From: Seison nebaliae
Taxonomy: Eukaryota
Length of the DNA stretch: 38,325 bases
Reading direction: 5' to 3'
Assembly: GCA_023231475.1 (NCBI GenBank)
Contig: JALJEE010002845.1
Span: forward strand, 1-38,325
Shown here piece after piece: positions 12,549 to 23,807 of the stretch. The position numbers were made by a program, and so were the translations under genes. The stretch's first letter is position 1. Each line of letters starts with the position of its first letter. Under the pieces are notes generated by a model. That model was not told the DNA's origin. It saw nothing but the letters and a program-made list of their open reading frames with translations, and searched no databases.

Positions 12549-13357
12549 ATTGAGGCACATTGAAATATTTATGTATAATTTTTCTGTTTATATGTTCTTA
12601 TAAAAATGGGAATGTAAATTTTGATTTTTCCATTAGTTCACTCTATGATAATTGTTTATGTAAGCAATCACATATGTCAGAGTCAATAAGGAAGAATGGA
12701 GAAATCGAAATTTATTGAACGATCAATCAGTTGACCAACATCGATATTCTTCCTTTCTTCCTCTCCTCATCGATTGAAGTACGATAGAAGAAATTCGATC
12801 TGATACATTTCCTTTTTCCCAGCATCAACTCAATTCCAGTTCCAACACAATTTTACATAATTGAATTGAAGGTGTTGACTAACTTTTCTGTCTCTTAAAA
12901 ATATTTTGAACTCAAATTTTCCCTCATTTGAAATGAAATAACTTTTGAATTCTAATTTCAATTATTCAATATAATAAATGGAGAGATGATTTCTTATCTA
13001 ATTTTTATCGAACAATTCAATTTGATGAGACATGACAAATTTAATTATTTTTCCACTAATATCTATTTGTTGTTTAGAGATTATCTTCTCGTTATGAGAA
13101 AGAGATTGAATATTATTAATTTTCAAAATTATTAGTTGATCTAAAATTATTGATTGAAAACTAATTGTCATTCAATTGATAAGTGTCACTAATTCACATT
13201 TGAATTTTCTATCTTTCAGAGTACATTTCATTCCCTGTCAACTTGTCAACGTTCATTTAAGTAAACAAATTAATAAACTGCAATAAACAATTCAACGAAT
13301 TTTCATGAATTCAATTTAAGTCATTTTCTTTATTCATTCAATCATTTTTCCAATTTC

Positions 13358-15321
13358 ATGGAGCTCGAATGGAAAGTTGATCTTTGGGTTATTTTTCTTT
13401 CAATTTTACCGTTTCTTTCACGAAGGTATTTTTTAGGACAAAGTCGATAGTTTGTTTGTGCACGCATTCAAAGGCATTGAATTCTCAGAAAAGTTTCGGG
13501 ATTATGTTAAAGAACGGAAATCGGTTGAAGAGAAATATGCATCTAATTTAAGGTTCTTTTTCTTCTCCAATTATTCAAATTATAAAATTAATTTTTATAG
13601 AAATCTTACTTCCAAATATCGAAAAGAAGAAAATGAAGAAGAGTTAATTAATTTTTTATTTCTTTTAATTTCTTTTCATATTTATTCAGTTTGTCTTGTA
13701 ATTTGGCGTTTAATCGAATGTTAAAAGAGACATATGATATGGCGAATCAACATCAATTAATCGCTGATGAATTGGAACCGATCGTGAAGACAAAATTGAA
13801 TAGTCTTCGAAACAAATTGAAAGACGATGCAACGAAAGTTTCGATTTCTAAACTTCTCTAAATTTTCTCTTTTAATTTAGCAACGACGTTTAAGGAATGA
13901 TAAACGTGCACAGTTAGGTAGAGAGAAAGATCAATTGATGAGAGTTAAATTTGTTCAACACAAAATTTTCAATAAATATTTCAGGCATTGGAACAATCGA
14001 AACGAGCATTTTCTACATGGAAACGAAGTCATCAAAATGCTATTCGTGCTGAGAATGATGATACATGTAGTCGAGCAGATATTCAAAAAGCAAAAAATAT
14101 TGAATCAGGAAAACAAGATGAATTTTTGCAAAGTGAAGGAACATATGCAGCGACATTGAATCGTTTTAATGAAATTCAGAAATCATTTTATTCTCAACAA
14201 TTACCATCGATTATTGATGATATTCAAAGAACTGAAAGTTTCCGTATCGAAACATTGAAAGAAGCGATGGAATCAATTGGTAAAACAGAAGAATCAATTC
14301 TTCCCATTCTCAATCAATGTGTTAAAGGAATGTTGGTTGGAAGTGAGAGAATTGATTGTCAAAATGATTTCAGAGTATTAACTAATCGATATAAAACCGG
14401 TTATTCACCACCTGGAGATATCGAGTTTATTGATCTGAAAAAATTGACAAATGGATCGTCGACAAGTATCGACCATGTTGATCATTCGACAGTAAATGCG
14501 AAAAAATTATTCAGTCGTCTAACTCAAAACAATTCGGAAAAAGTTTAATAATTTTTAAATTTTCATATCAGAATTTCTTCTTTTTATTTTCAGAATGAAC
14601 GACCTAAAGAAGATTATTCTCATTTACCACCTCATCAACGAAAGATCCGTTTGGAAACGAGTATTAACGATAGGAAAACACAACTCATCAAATTGCAGAA
14701 TGGATTGAAGGGAATGGAAAAACTGAAAATTATTTATCAGAAAAGTCCCCAATTAGGTGATAGTGAGAAAGTATTAAAAGATATTGAAAATCATCAACTG
14801 ATGATTCAGAAGATTGAAGACGAGCTAAAAAAATTTACCGTTAATTTAACAATTCTTTTTTCTATTTTCAATTTCATATTTCACAGATTTGGCACGATGA
14901 AGCAAAAGAACATATTCATCATCCAGAAAAATCAGATTTTGATGATGATACTACTCATTTGCCTGTTATAAACCATAATCGTCCCAGTACAATTAGCATG
15001 TCAGATAATACGAGTCGATATATCGATTCTGATTTGAAGGAAATGAAAAATGGATCAAGTCCGATAGTTGAAGCAATTCCCAATTCTAATCAAAAGTCTT
15101 TGAATTATTTGCATATGAAATTTGATTATTCAGGTTATTTATTCATTTCGAGGTTAAAGTTCATTAGATTATGAATAGGTGAGAATTTCCATGTAAAATG
15201 TGGCGACAGACTGAAAATAACAGAGATCGACATCGGAGATGGTTGGACTCAAGTTCAACTTGCAGATGGAGCATTCGATTATGTTCCTACTTCGTTTACT
15301 GATATGTCTCCATCAAAATAA
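13358..15321 (+). CDS. FBP17/CIP4/TOCA-family F-BAR + HR1 + SH3 protein, 530 aa; exons 13358-13387, 13437-13552, 13601-13642, 13690-13837, 13881-13943, 13985-14542, 14594-14839, 14887-15133, 15179-15321
   Basis: N-terminus MELEWKVDLWDKVDSLFVHAFKGIEFSEKFRDYVKERKSVEEKYASNLRNL resembles FBP17 (WGTELWD...FVKERTEIE...). Also YKTGYSPPGDIEFID, the HR1 start EDYSHLPPHQRK, and SH3 DIGDGWTQV...YVPTSF. The 8 introns of 41-51 nt give an exact frame (1593 nt). Confidence 0.93.
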
Positions 15322-16974
15322 TTTGATAGTTCCCCTAATAATTTTCCATTCTAATTATTCCTAATATTTCTCTTATCGTCAACGAAATCATCATTATCAA
15401 ACATTGGCAAGAACAAAAGTCACATTCATCTTAATTTAATCGAAATTACCTTTTTTTATTTATTCTAATTTCTTCTTCATTTCTACTTTATAACATATTA
15501 TATTTTTCTTCTGTTGAATGATTTTCTCTTCGATCCATGTAATTATTGAGAAGGATATCTATTTCTATCCATTCCTCTCTTATCCATATTTACTTCTACT
15601 TAATACCAATGTGGAATTCATTTAAAATAAAACAGATTTGGAAGAAAAATATCTTCAGCAATCTCAATTTTAGCACGGTAGTCTAATGAATTTGCATAAT
15701 TTATTCATGTCTCGATAAATATTGAACGTGTAAATTACAATTTAACCACTAATAAATTTGAATTCGAATAATCTGTGAGGATACTGTAATGAAATAAATA
15801 AAAAGTTATGATAATTTTACAGTAACTATTAATGTTGAAAGGAATATTTCAAGAAAATTTGCAAAATTTATTTCTTTCCAATCATCTTCTTCAAATAAAT
15901 ATCAGTTATTCTCGAAAATAAGTTAGCTATTTGGCAGCTTGAATATTTGCGAAGTTTTTCTAAATATTCCTCATAAAAAAGAAGAGAAATAAATAATTAG
16001 GATGAAAAATATAAGGACAAATAAGGATACGGAGGAAAATTGAAGAATATTAATTAAAATAATGATGATAATCCATTTTTCTCGATTGGAGGTGGACGGA
16101 ACATTGGAAAGGAAACTTTTGATGAGAAAAGACAAATACAGTCTACTTTTTAGGTGTAGTTGAGATGTTTGTTTTAAGTTTTTGTGTTGGATAAATCTTA
16201 TATTAATTTATCTCGTTTATTTTTATTTTTCAGCACCATATTGTCTGTTTTTAGATCGATCTTTTACATCATATCATTCATTCAGTGATCAGTTTATTAA
16301 ATTAATAATGAGATGAAATACTTCGAACTAAAGTTTCTTTATCTATGGGATGTTGTTGTAAACAGTTTTAAGGTTAAATGTTATTGTGGAATCGAAATTT
16401 TCATTTATGTTCCATTACACGTTAAACTGTTTTCTACAATAGATGTGAATTTATTAATTCTGCTACATTGGATATTCATAGTAATAGAAATATGGATCCA
16501 GCAATTATACTAGGAGACTGAACTTGTAATTGAAGAATATGTATGAGGAATATATAGATATATATGTTGGAGCACTCAGGAGCACTCGTCGATAATTAAG
16601 AAGATTGTAAGATATACAAATAACTGACCGTTGTAGCATTCGACATAAACAATAATTGTACCTTCTATTATTCAGTATGAATTTATTTTCTATTTGCCTT
16701 CCAATTTTAACGTCTAATTGAAAATTTCCCCAACGATTTGTAAAGAAAAATTTCGGCTATGAATTTCATATTATCATCATCCTTTATTCTTTTGTCTCTA
16801 GTGACCTCTGAAAGGAATTTCCAACAATTCTAAACATTTGTATAATTAAGTTTATTAAGAAATTTTTGTCCGATAACTAAAACTTTCTCGTTTCTTAAAC
16901 TTAACTAAAATAATTGTATGCTAATAAATATTATGATCTATCCTACAAATTCTACCCAGAGATTATTTCTTCGG

Positions 16975-17021
16975 TCCTAATACATATCCTAATACATATC
17001 CTAATACATATCCTAATACAT
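16975..17021. repeat. 12-bp tandem repeat (TCCTAATACATA) x ~3.9
   Basis: tcctaatacata tcctaatacata tcctaatacata tcctaatacat. Confidence 0.9.
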
Positions 17022-17986
17022 TCGGTTTATACTACATAATTTTTCTATTGCCAATTATTAGCATATAAAGTTTCCTTTGTTTTCTAACAGTATTACTGTT
17101 GTATAAACTAACTAAATTGTATACGGATATTTTGGAAGACGACGTAATATTATTATTTTGTCTTGTCGTTCTGTCTTTCACTATGATGTAATTAATCTCA
17201 CAAAAATAATTAAAGAGAACATCTAATATGAATTGTTGTTGAGGATTGACATCATTCTTAGAATTTACTAGTAAATATTTTTTGAAAAATGTGAGGCATT
17301 CCGAATGTTATAATTTAAAATACTCATCTAAAGCATGAATGTCAAATGGGAAGAAAGAAAGACAAAAATATGATTTTCAGCTTCCTCTACATTTTGGAAT
17401 TCTTCTAATAGAATGAAAAAATTTTCCTCTGCTTTATCCCAATTTGACGTTTATGAATTAAAAATTCTCATCTAAAATAAATTCTGTTCAGAAGACAATA
17501 ATCTTAAAATATCCAATAAATAAAAAATAATTTTTTTTTGTGTAATTTTAGAATACGATAACGTAATAAAGAATTAAATTTAATTAAAATTATTTTAATC
17601 ATTCGTCATTAATTAGATAGTAAATAGATATTTGGAATACCAAATTAATTTCTTGGAAACAGTTTCGTCTAAACATTAATGAAGATGACGAATCTTTTGA
17701 GTCATCCTTTATCTCCACGAAATGCTCACATTTGATAACTCACAATTAAGTTTCTCAAAACGAGATATGTAGTATGAGACCATTTGTCTGATAATATTCT
17801 CCTTTTTATTTAATTATATTTCCCATTCACATTATTAAAATATCATAAGAAAAGTAATAATCATTTGGGAGTTATTTGGGAGTGTTTATTGAGTCTTTCT
17901 ATTCCTTGAGTGAAATTATTATTATAGGACATTTATAAAAACTTTTCATATAATAAAATATTTCAAAGACTTTTGAATTATTGAGT

Positions 17987-18124
17987 GGACACTTCTACTT
18001 CTCTTTAAGAAATTACGGACAATTCTACTCCATTTTTTCTTATTTTTGGACAGTTCTACTTCTTTTTTTAATAAGATAGGACATTTCTACTCCTTTTCCT
18101 AAATATATGGTCAGTTCTACACCC
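17987..18124 (+). repeat. Array of five GGACANTTCTACT motifs at a 30-31 bp period with non-identical T-rich spacers
   Basis: Copies start at 17987, 18017, 18048, 18079 and 18109 (the last is degenerate, GGTCAGTTCTACA). Confidence 0.8.
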
Positions 18125-19692
18125 AATTTTGAAATTTTAAGAACATATTGACATACAACACCTTTTTCTCACTGTCCGGCTACCCCATTTGTTAACACTT
18201 ACGTCTCCATTGTCGTTTTTCTCTTCGTACTACACTCTTCCGAAGCCTACCCGATTGTTCAATGCAAGAAAAGTGGTAGATCAATTCTCCTTCGAATACT
18301 TGGCAAATCATCCCTGATCCTATAGGAAAATCATATACAGTACCAAGATGTTATGGACTAATTTCCAACGACCAACGTCGTGAATTTTTAATCTTTATTT
18401 ATCAATTACTCTGTAGATAATTTATATTAAAAAAAAAATTATTTTACCAATTTTTCTTTTAGGAACGAGTTCTTCTAGAATAAAAACTTCCAAATGAAGT
18501 TCCACAAATCGCCGAAAGTGAATCTGATGCTGATAATCGGAAATTAAATTAGGAAGCTAAGATCTATTATTTTGAAGTGCAGAATTGGTATGAAAAATTT
18601 AAAGTACAAAATCTGTCGTAAAAGCACGACATCCAGAAACACTTCGAGTATTTAATCATATAATAGAATAATCATTTCGTTATTCACATATACCACAATT
18701 AGCTTCTGCTCTAAGTAGTATTACTACTTCGACATATTAATAATATTAAAATTTGTCATTTTCATTAGGTTAGTGACTTTTTGGACCTTTTGACGTTTTA
18801 TTTTTGAACGCTTTATTGGATCAGTTATTCCATTTCATTTTCCATTAAAAACAGAAATTTTTTACTTGTCCAACTAACATTATTACAATAACTGAATTTC
18901 CAATGTTGATTATGTTAACGAGGTTAACTCGTCCGTTTGACGAAAATAAATTAAGAATATTGATAAAAAAGATATTTATAAATATCTTTTTTCGAAAATA
19001 AATTAACAATAAATATATATTCCATTAATCTCTTAATCGAATATTAATATTGAAGGTTATGGGTCAGATGTGCTTGAATATTATATCTTCAACGATGATC
19101 TCCAACGGACATCATTGGACCATTGAACCGGTTTATTATCAATAATTGAAACAGTAAAATAAAATCTTGAAAATTCCGATGGAAATAATTTGATTAATGC
19201 GTGAATTCATTTGGGTTTTTCGAGAAGCCGCAATAGGTAATCGAGTCAAATGTAGATTATATAACAACATGTTCAACTATGAATGTAGGAAACATGATAA
19301 TTCTCTATGATTATTTCCAAAACATTTCCAAAAACAATATAATAGTACGATAGAAATTCAAAAGATAAGGAAGGAAAACATCATGAGCAGGTGAGTATTA
19401 GTCGATTGAGAATGTGAAAACAAAAAATATTTTTGTTTTTTGGATTATTTTAGACAGTCAGTTCCTGTAACAGATTATAAAGTAATTATTTCTTACTTTG
19501 TTTCACTACGATGAGAATCATAATTTGTGTATCTAATGAATAATGTCGTGAAGGATTAATAAAAGAATTAATAATTCTTGCAAGATTTTAATGGTTTATT
19601 CAAATATTTGTTATCATTCTAATAATACAACAACTTCGAAATTTACGTGAATTTCCATGTCTACGAACGAGATGATTAACAAAATTTTTTCT

Positions 19693-22188
19693 CTATTCTT
19701 TGCAGATACAAAAGGGTTTGAGATATTGTTCTACGCATTTTCCCGTCCAACCATAAATTCCCAGACGATCAAATTTATAGATGGTCAAATATTTGTTTTC
19801 GATTTGTAGAACAATTCCCTCAAAATAAACGGGAAGATGATCTGCATCGTATTTCATTATAAATTTGAACATTTTGTCATTTTGTACAATATCAGGTACA
19901 TCGAATGTTTCTCGAGAGAAACTGCTAATTTCAAGATCAACAAATTCTCTGAATTTCAAAGGATGACATTTCTGCAACAGATAATTATACAATCTTTTAT
20001 TTATGATGTTTATGATTTCTTTCTTCATTTTCTCCTCATATATTTTTATTCTTCTGTTTAACCTGAAATTCGAAGGTGCATTTCCATACCGAAACTTTCG
20101 TGTTTTATCCAATTCCATTGAATGCTTTAAGGTATGTAAATTTGTAACGTTTGTTTTGCATGTACATAATGAAAGGTCAATCGATGCATCAGTACAGGAA
20201 CGCTGTAACGGAACTTCATTTTCGAATATATTAAAATTAGTAATCTCTCCTCCATCAGGCAATTGTCGGTGGAAAATATTTATATTCGACTTTTTCCGGT
20301 TCGTTATTTCTTTATGTATGACGTCAACTAATGTTCTATAGACATCTAACCATGTAATCAGTTTGAATTTGTTCTTTAATATTGTCCGGATATTCTCCAT
20401 CTTTCGTGGTAATTTAATTGCTAGAAATGGCAGTTGTCGTTCTGACCGACCCCGATTAGACAAATTTGCGTAATCGACGTTCCTGTTTAAGAAATAGAGG
20501 TGTGGCAATGGAATGAATATACCGACGGTAATTATAACAGTTTTTCCTTTAGACATAATTAACCTGATACCATGATCGCTGAAAATCAAAAATATTGTTT
20601 TGGCAGAGAATTCTTCCTTTTCTAATAAACTTTTGAGATGAAGTGAGATATCTTTATCAATATTCTTTGCGCCTCCATTATCGTCATGTGTTTGTTCACT
20701 CAATATTGAATATTGGAAAAATGGAAGATCGTATTGTTGCGTCATATGCACGAAAGATTCAAGTTGTCTCAGGAAGAATTTATGTGATAACTCGCCATGT
20801 CTACACAGACGATTAGTGGAAGAAGATTTCTGAATATATTCCATCATTAATTTTCTTGATGGGACGTCGAATGTTTCGTGGTGGAATCCTCGAAGACCAT
20901 GATTATAAAATGTACCGGCAGATGGCCAATCTTCTTGCCATTGAACTGCATAATAATTTGGTAGGAATTTCCACAGAAATGGTAATTCATCAACATAAGA
21001 AGAATTAAGTTGGAAAGTATTAGTGAGATTAATTTGGTGTGGGAAGATAAAGACGTTCGAATTCCAATCATATCTCAGAAATTTAGGTGTAGTAATTCCT
21101 GCAAGAAGTGCTACGGTATTCGGGAAAGTATTAATACCATTGGAATGAATTCCATTGAAAAAATGAAAATTATTCTCTTCAAGTAATTTAAATGTCTTTC
21201 TCAAATGATGTTGGGCAGAGAAGCGTGAAATTGAGTCGATGCCGAATATGATGAAATTGTACTGAATCTTCTTGTCACTTCTACTCGAGCTTTCAATTAA
21301 CATTTTACGTTTATCAGCCAGTCGTTGATGGAATGTTCGACTATGCCAATTATATAGTACCTGTCTGACAAGCTCTTCACCATCATAATGACAAGAAAAT
21401 ATAATGATTTCACTCAATGTACTAACATTTTGTCTACGAAGTATTCTTTGTTTCTCTCTTAATATGATCTGCAAACGATGACGATAGATGATTTTATTTG
21501 TTGATGTTTTAATTTGGCATATTATATCATTCCTTTCCTTTCTCATATGTACAATTTCTCGTTTATTATCACAGTTCATTTCAAGTAGCTCTAACAAATC
21601 ATATATTTCTGTCCATTTACACTCCCCCAAATATCGTAGTCGCTCACATTTGATAATCATATTTTCCATTTGCCTTCTCAAATCCATTTGAGGGCGACAT
21701 GGCAATAAATCTATCTGTGCCATATTCAATCGGTAAATATATTGACGATTGAGCACCACCATCTGCAAACGATGCAGTCTAGAATAATTAAGGATTAATT
21801 CCCCTTCATTTCTCATGCCATGTCTTTTATTGGTCATTATTAAAAATGAACCAACCTCCCCAACATAATTGTGCATGCAATCTAGTCTTATGAGTGATTT
21901 CCGATCAGACATCTCTGATTTCCAATTTGGATGTTTACCCTCAATTTCGTCCAAATCGTTCGCATGTAAAATTGGAAAACATTTTGAATGTTTCTCATGA
22001 ATATGCCATCGTACTGGAGGTAAATGTTGACCAACAAAACTTAACATTTCCAATGACGTACTCATGTTTTTCCCATCTTCACTAACACGTTGTTCTGATG
22101 AATGATAAATAAACCATACAATGAACTGAAGGAGACAGAATGTCGGGGATAATAAGATAACCCATTTCCCAAGTTGCTTAATCATCAT
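19693..22188 (-). CDS. DUF229 family protein (alkaline phosphatase/sulfatase-like superfamily) with an N-terminal membrane anchor; probably contains an in-frame 81-nt intron at 20483-20563
   Basis: Motifs IIFGIDSISR, NTFPNTVALL, QWQED, FSDHGIR, ERQLPFL, RSCTDASIDLSLCTC and terminal PFCICK. N-terminal hydrophobic helix. Confidence 0.85.
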   Translation of the reverse strand: MMIKQLGKWVILLSPTFCLLQFIVWFIYHSSEQRVSEDGKNMSTSLEMLSFVGQHLPPVRWHIHEKHSKCFPILHANDLDEIEGKHPNWKSEMSDRKSLIRLDCMHNYVGEVGSFLIMTNKRHGMRNEGELILNYSRLHRLQMVVLNRQYIYRLNMAQIDLLPCRPQMDLRRQMENMIIKCERLRYLGECKWTEIYDLLELLEMNCDNKREIVHMRKERNDIICQIKTSTNKIIYRHRLQIILREKQRILRRQNVSTLSEIIIFSCHYDGEELVRQVLYNWHSRTFHQRLADKRKMLIESSSRSDKKIQYNFIIFGIDSISRFSAQHHLRKTFKLLEENNFHFFNGIHSNGINTFPNTVALLAGITTPKFLRYDWNSNVFIFPHQINLTNTFQLNSSYVDELPFLWKFLPNYYAVQWQEDWPSAGTFYNHGLRGFHHETFDVPSRKLMMEYIQKSSSTNRLCRHGELSHKFFLRQLESFVHMTQQYDLPFFQYSILSEQTHDDNGGAKNIDKDISLHLKSLLEKEEFSAKTIFLIFSDHGIRLIMSKGKTVIITVGIFIPLPHLYFLNRNVDYANLSNRGRSERQLPFLAIKLPRKMENIRTILKNKFKLITWLDVYRTLVDVIHKEITNRKKSNINIFHRQLPDGGEITNFNIFENEVPLQRSCTDASIDLSLCTCKTNVTNLHTLKHSMELDKTRKFRYGNAPSNFRLNRRIKIYEEKMKKEIINIINKRLYNYLLQKCHPLKFREFVDLEISSFSRETFDVPDIVQNDKMFKFIMKYDADHLPVYFEGIVLQIENKYLTIYKFDRLGIYGWTGKCVEQYLKPFCICKE

Positions 22189-22633
22189 AAGATAGATAAA
22201 ATTCTCTTATTCATTCTATTTCTTTCTACATAATATTTTCTTCCTACTCACACTCTTTTTACCTTATCAATAAACAATATCAGTTTATTTCAATTTCATA
22301 CTGCTCCAGTTGGTCCCAATTATATTATATTCTTATCGGTATTTTATACTGTTCGCAGAAACCTTACTCACAATTTCTACCAGTTTTTTCTCTTCTAAAC
22401 AAACTGTATTCTTCATATGTGCGTTTTCCTTATTTCCCAACTTATAACAGTTTATCGAAAAGCCGATAGGTTTCTAACAAGAATTTCTCTAATAAAAAAA
22501 CTTTGAAAATGATATGAAAGTTTTAACCAAAAGAATTTCTTGTTTTATTTTTCATTCAACTTCCATTTTCTTTGAAATTACTTTTTTCCTTCTAGTTAGG
22601 TAAGGAAATTTGTTTCTTTTAATTTAAAAACGA

Positions 22634-23368
22634 ATGATGCTGATTCAGTTGAATATCGTCAACATCATAATTCTTGGTAGTTTTTCTATCCTCGATTCAA
22701 CACAAATTGTCAAAAAAATTTTTTTAACATATAATATACCTCAACTTGTTGATTGCCCACTCAATTCAACTGACTTCCAATGGACGAATAATAGTATTAA
22801 TAGGATATTTTCATTTTCACTTTCAGTCAAACGAAGTGACAATCAAAATAAACTAATAGTAAATTGGATACGGAGGTTTTCATTAAAATCCTTAAGAAAT
22901 TTCACTTTCGAATGTTTTGATCCGAAGGACATAGGAGTAGTCGAATTGGAATTTCTACCGAAAATTGTCGGAAATAAAATTCATAAAATTGTCTTAACTG
23001 ACGATAAGCATGTTAATTTGAAATGTGGAAATACAATTCTCGAATATGATAATAACACTCACGAGATCATTTGGATCAAAAATGTGTTGATGACTAATAA
23101 TACCGTTTTTAACATTACCGACTCATTATCATCTCAAAAGCAGTTTATCCATCATTTCGATATACCTGCCCATTATGAACCTGTGAATTTCACTTGCGTT
23201 ATTCAGGACGAAATTCTAGGAATTATCGATTATACGATAATTCAAATTCGATTCGTGTCACTGCTGAAAATTTATTACATACTCGTGGGTGTTGTATTTC
23301 AAGTATTTCTTTCTTGTCTACTAATATTACGTTTCTCTAACAAATTGACGAAAGTACCAAAAAATTAA
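22634..23368 (+). CDS. Type I membrane protein with two Ig-like domains and a very short tail, 244 aa
   Basis: Signal-like N-terminus. Two C..W..C units (LVDCP..FQW..FTFEC and VNLKCG..IIWIK..VNFTCVI), several N-x-S/T sites, and a C-terminal TM helix (YYILVGVVFQVFLSCLLIL). Confidence 0.65.
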   Translation: MMLIQLNIVNIIILGSFSILDSTQIVKKIFLTYNIPQLVDCPLNSTDFQWTNNSINRIFSFSLSVKRSDNQNKLIVNWIRRFSLKSLRNFTFECFDPKDIGVVELEFLPKIVGNKIHKIVLTDDKHVNLKCGNTILEYDNNTHEIIWIKNVLMTNNTVFNITDSLSSQKQFIHHFDIPAHYEPVNFTCVIQDEILGIIDYTIIQIRFVSLLKIYYILVGVVFQVFLSCLLILRFSNKLTKVPKN

Positions 23369-23807
23369 TAATCGCTATTAGATAATATTCGGCCAAAGCA
23401 TTTTTCTTCTTTCATTATAGGTTTCTATTTCAACGGAATTCCATTCAAACTTTCTTCAATTACAATTCATCATTCTAATCTTCAAATATATCATTTTTCC
23501 GCTTATTAATTTAACTTTCTTATAATTATCCTCCTGAAAATCGGAATAATTTGAAATAAACATATTTTCCAATACTCATGTTCGTTTCTCATTTTCAGTT
23601 TTCCAGAGAAAGTTATTGATTCCTATAAATTAATTTCATTTTATTCATTTTTCCAATTTCAGTTTCTTTTTCTTAGAATTTCTAATTTCTCCAAATTAAT
23701 TTCATAATTTCTTCTATTATTCTAATTTGTAAAGATTTTTTCGTAATCTAATGTAATCATCTTCATTTCATAATAGATAAAATTTATTTTTTTAATTATC
23801 ATTTGGT

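Noticed and set aside
8700..13350. Short ORFs (60-98 aa) in the SLC6 to F-BAR interval
   Set aside because: No recognisable domains, AT-driven F/I/L/Y composition and interspersed microsatellites; best read as regulatory or UTR/intronic DNA.
18965..18992. 28-bp perfect palindrome AAAAAAGATATTTATAAATATCTTTTTT
   Set aside because: Almost entirely A/T with homopolymer ends; no functional context visible.
19388..19396. Perfect canonical donor CAG|GTGAGT (also AG|GTAAGG near 22598)
   Set aside because: Not attached to any exon I can support, so it does not count as a real GTR intron.
19837..22085. Antisense or alternate-frame ORFs overlapping DUF229 (likewise over SLC6, the GPCR and 35991-36761)
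   Set aside because: Shadow ORFs of real coding sequence, with no independent support.
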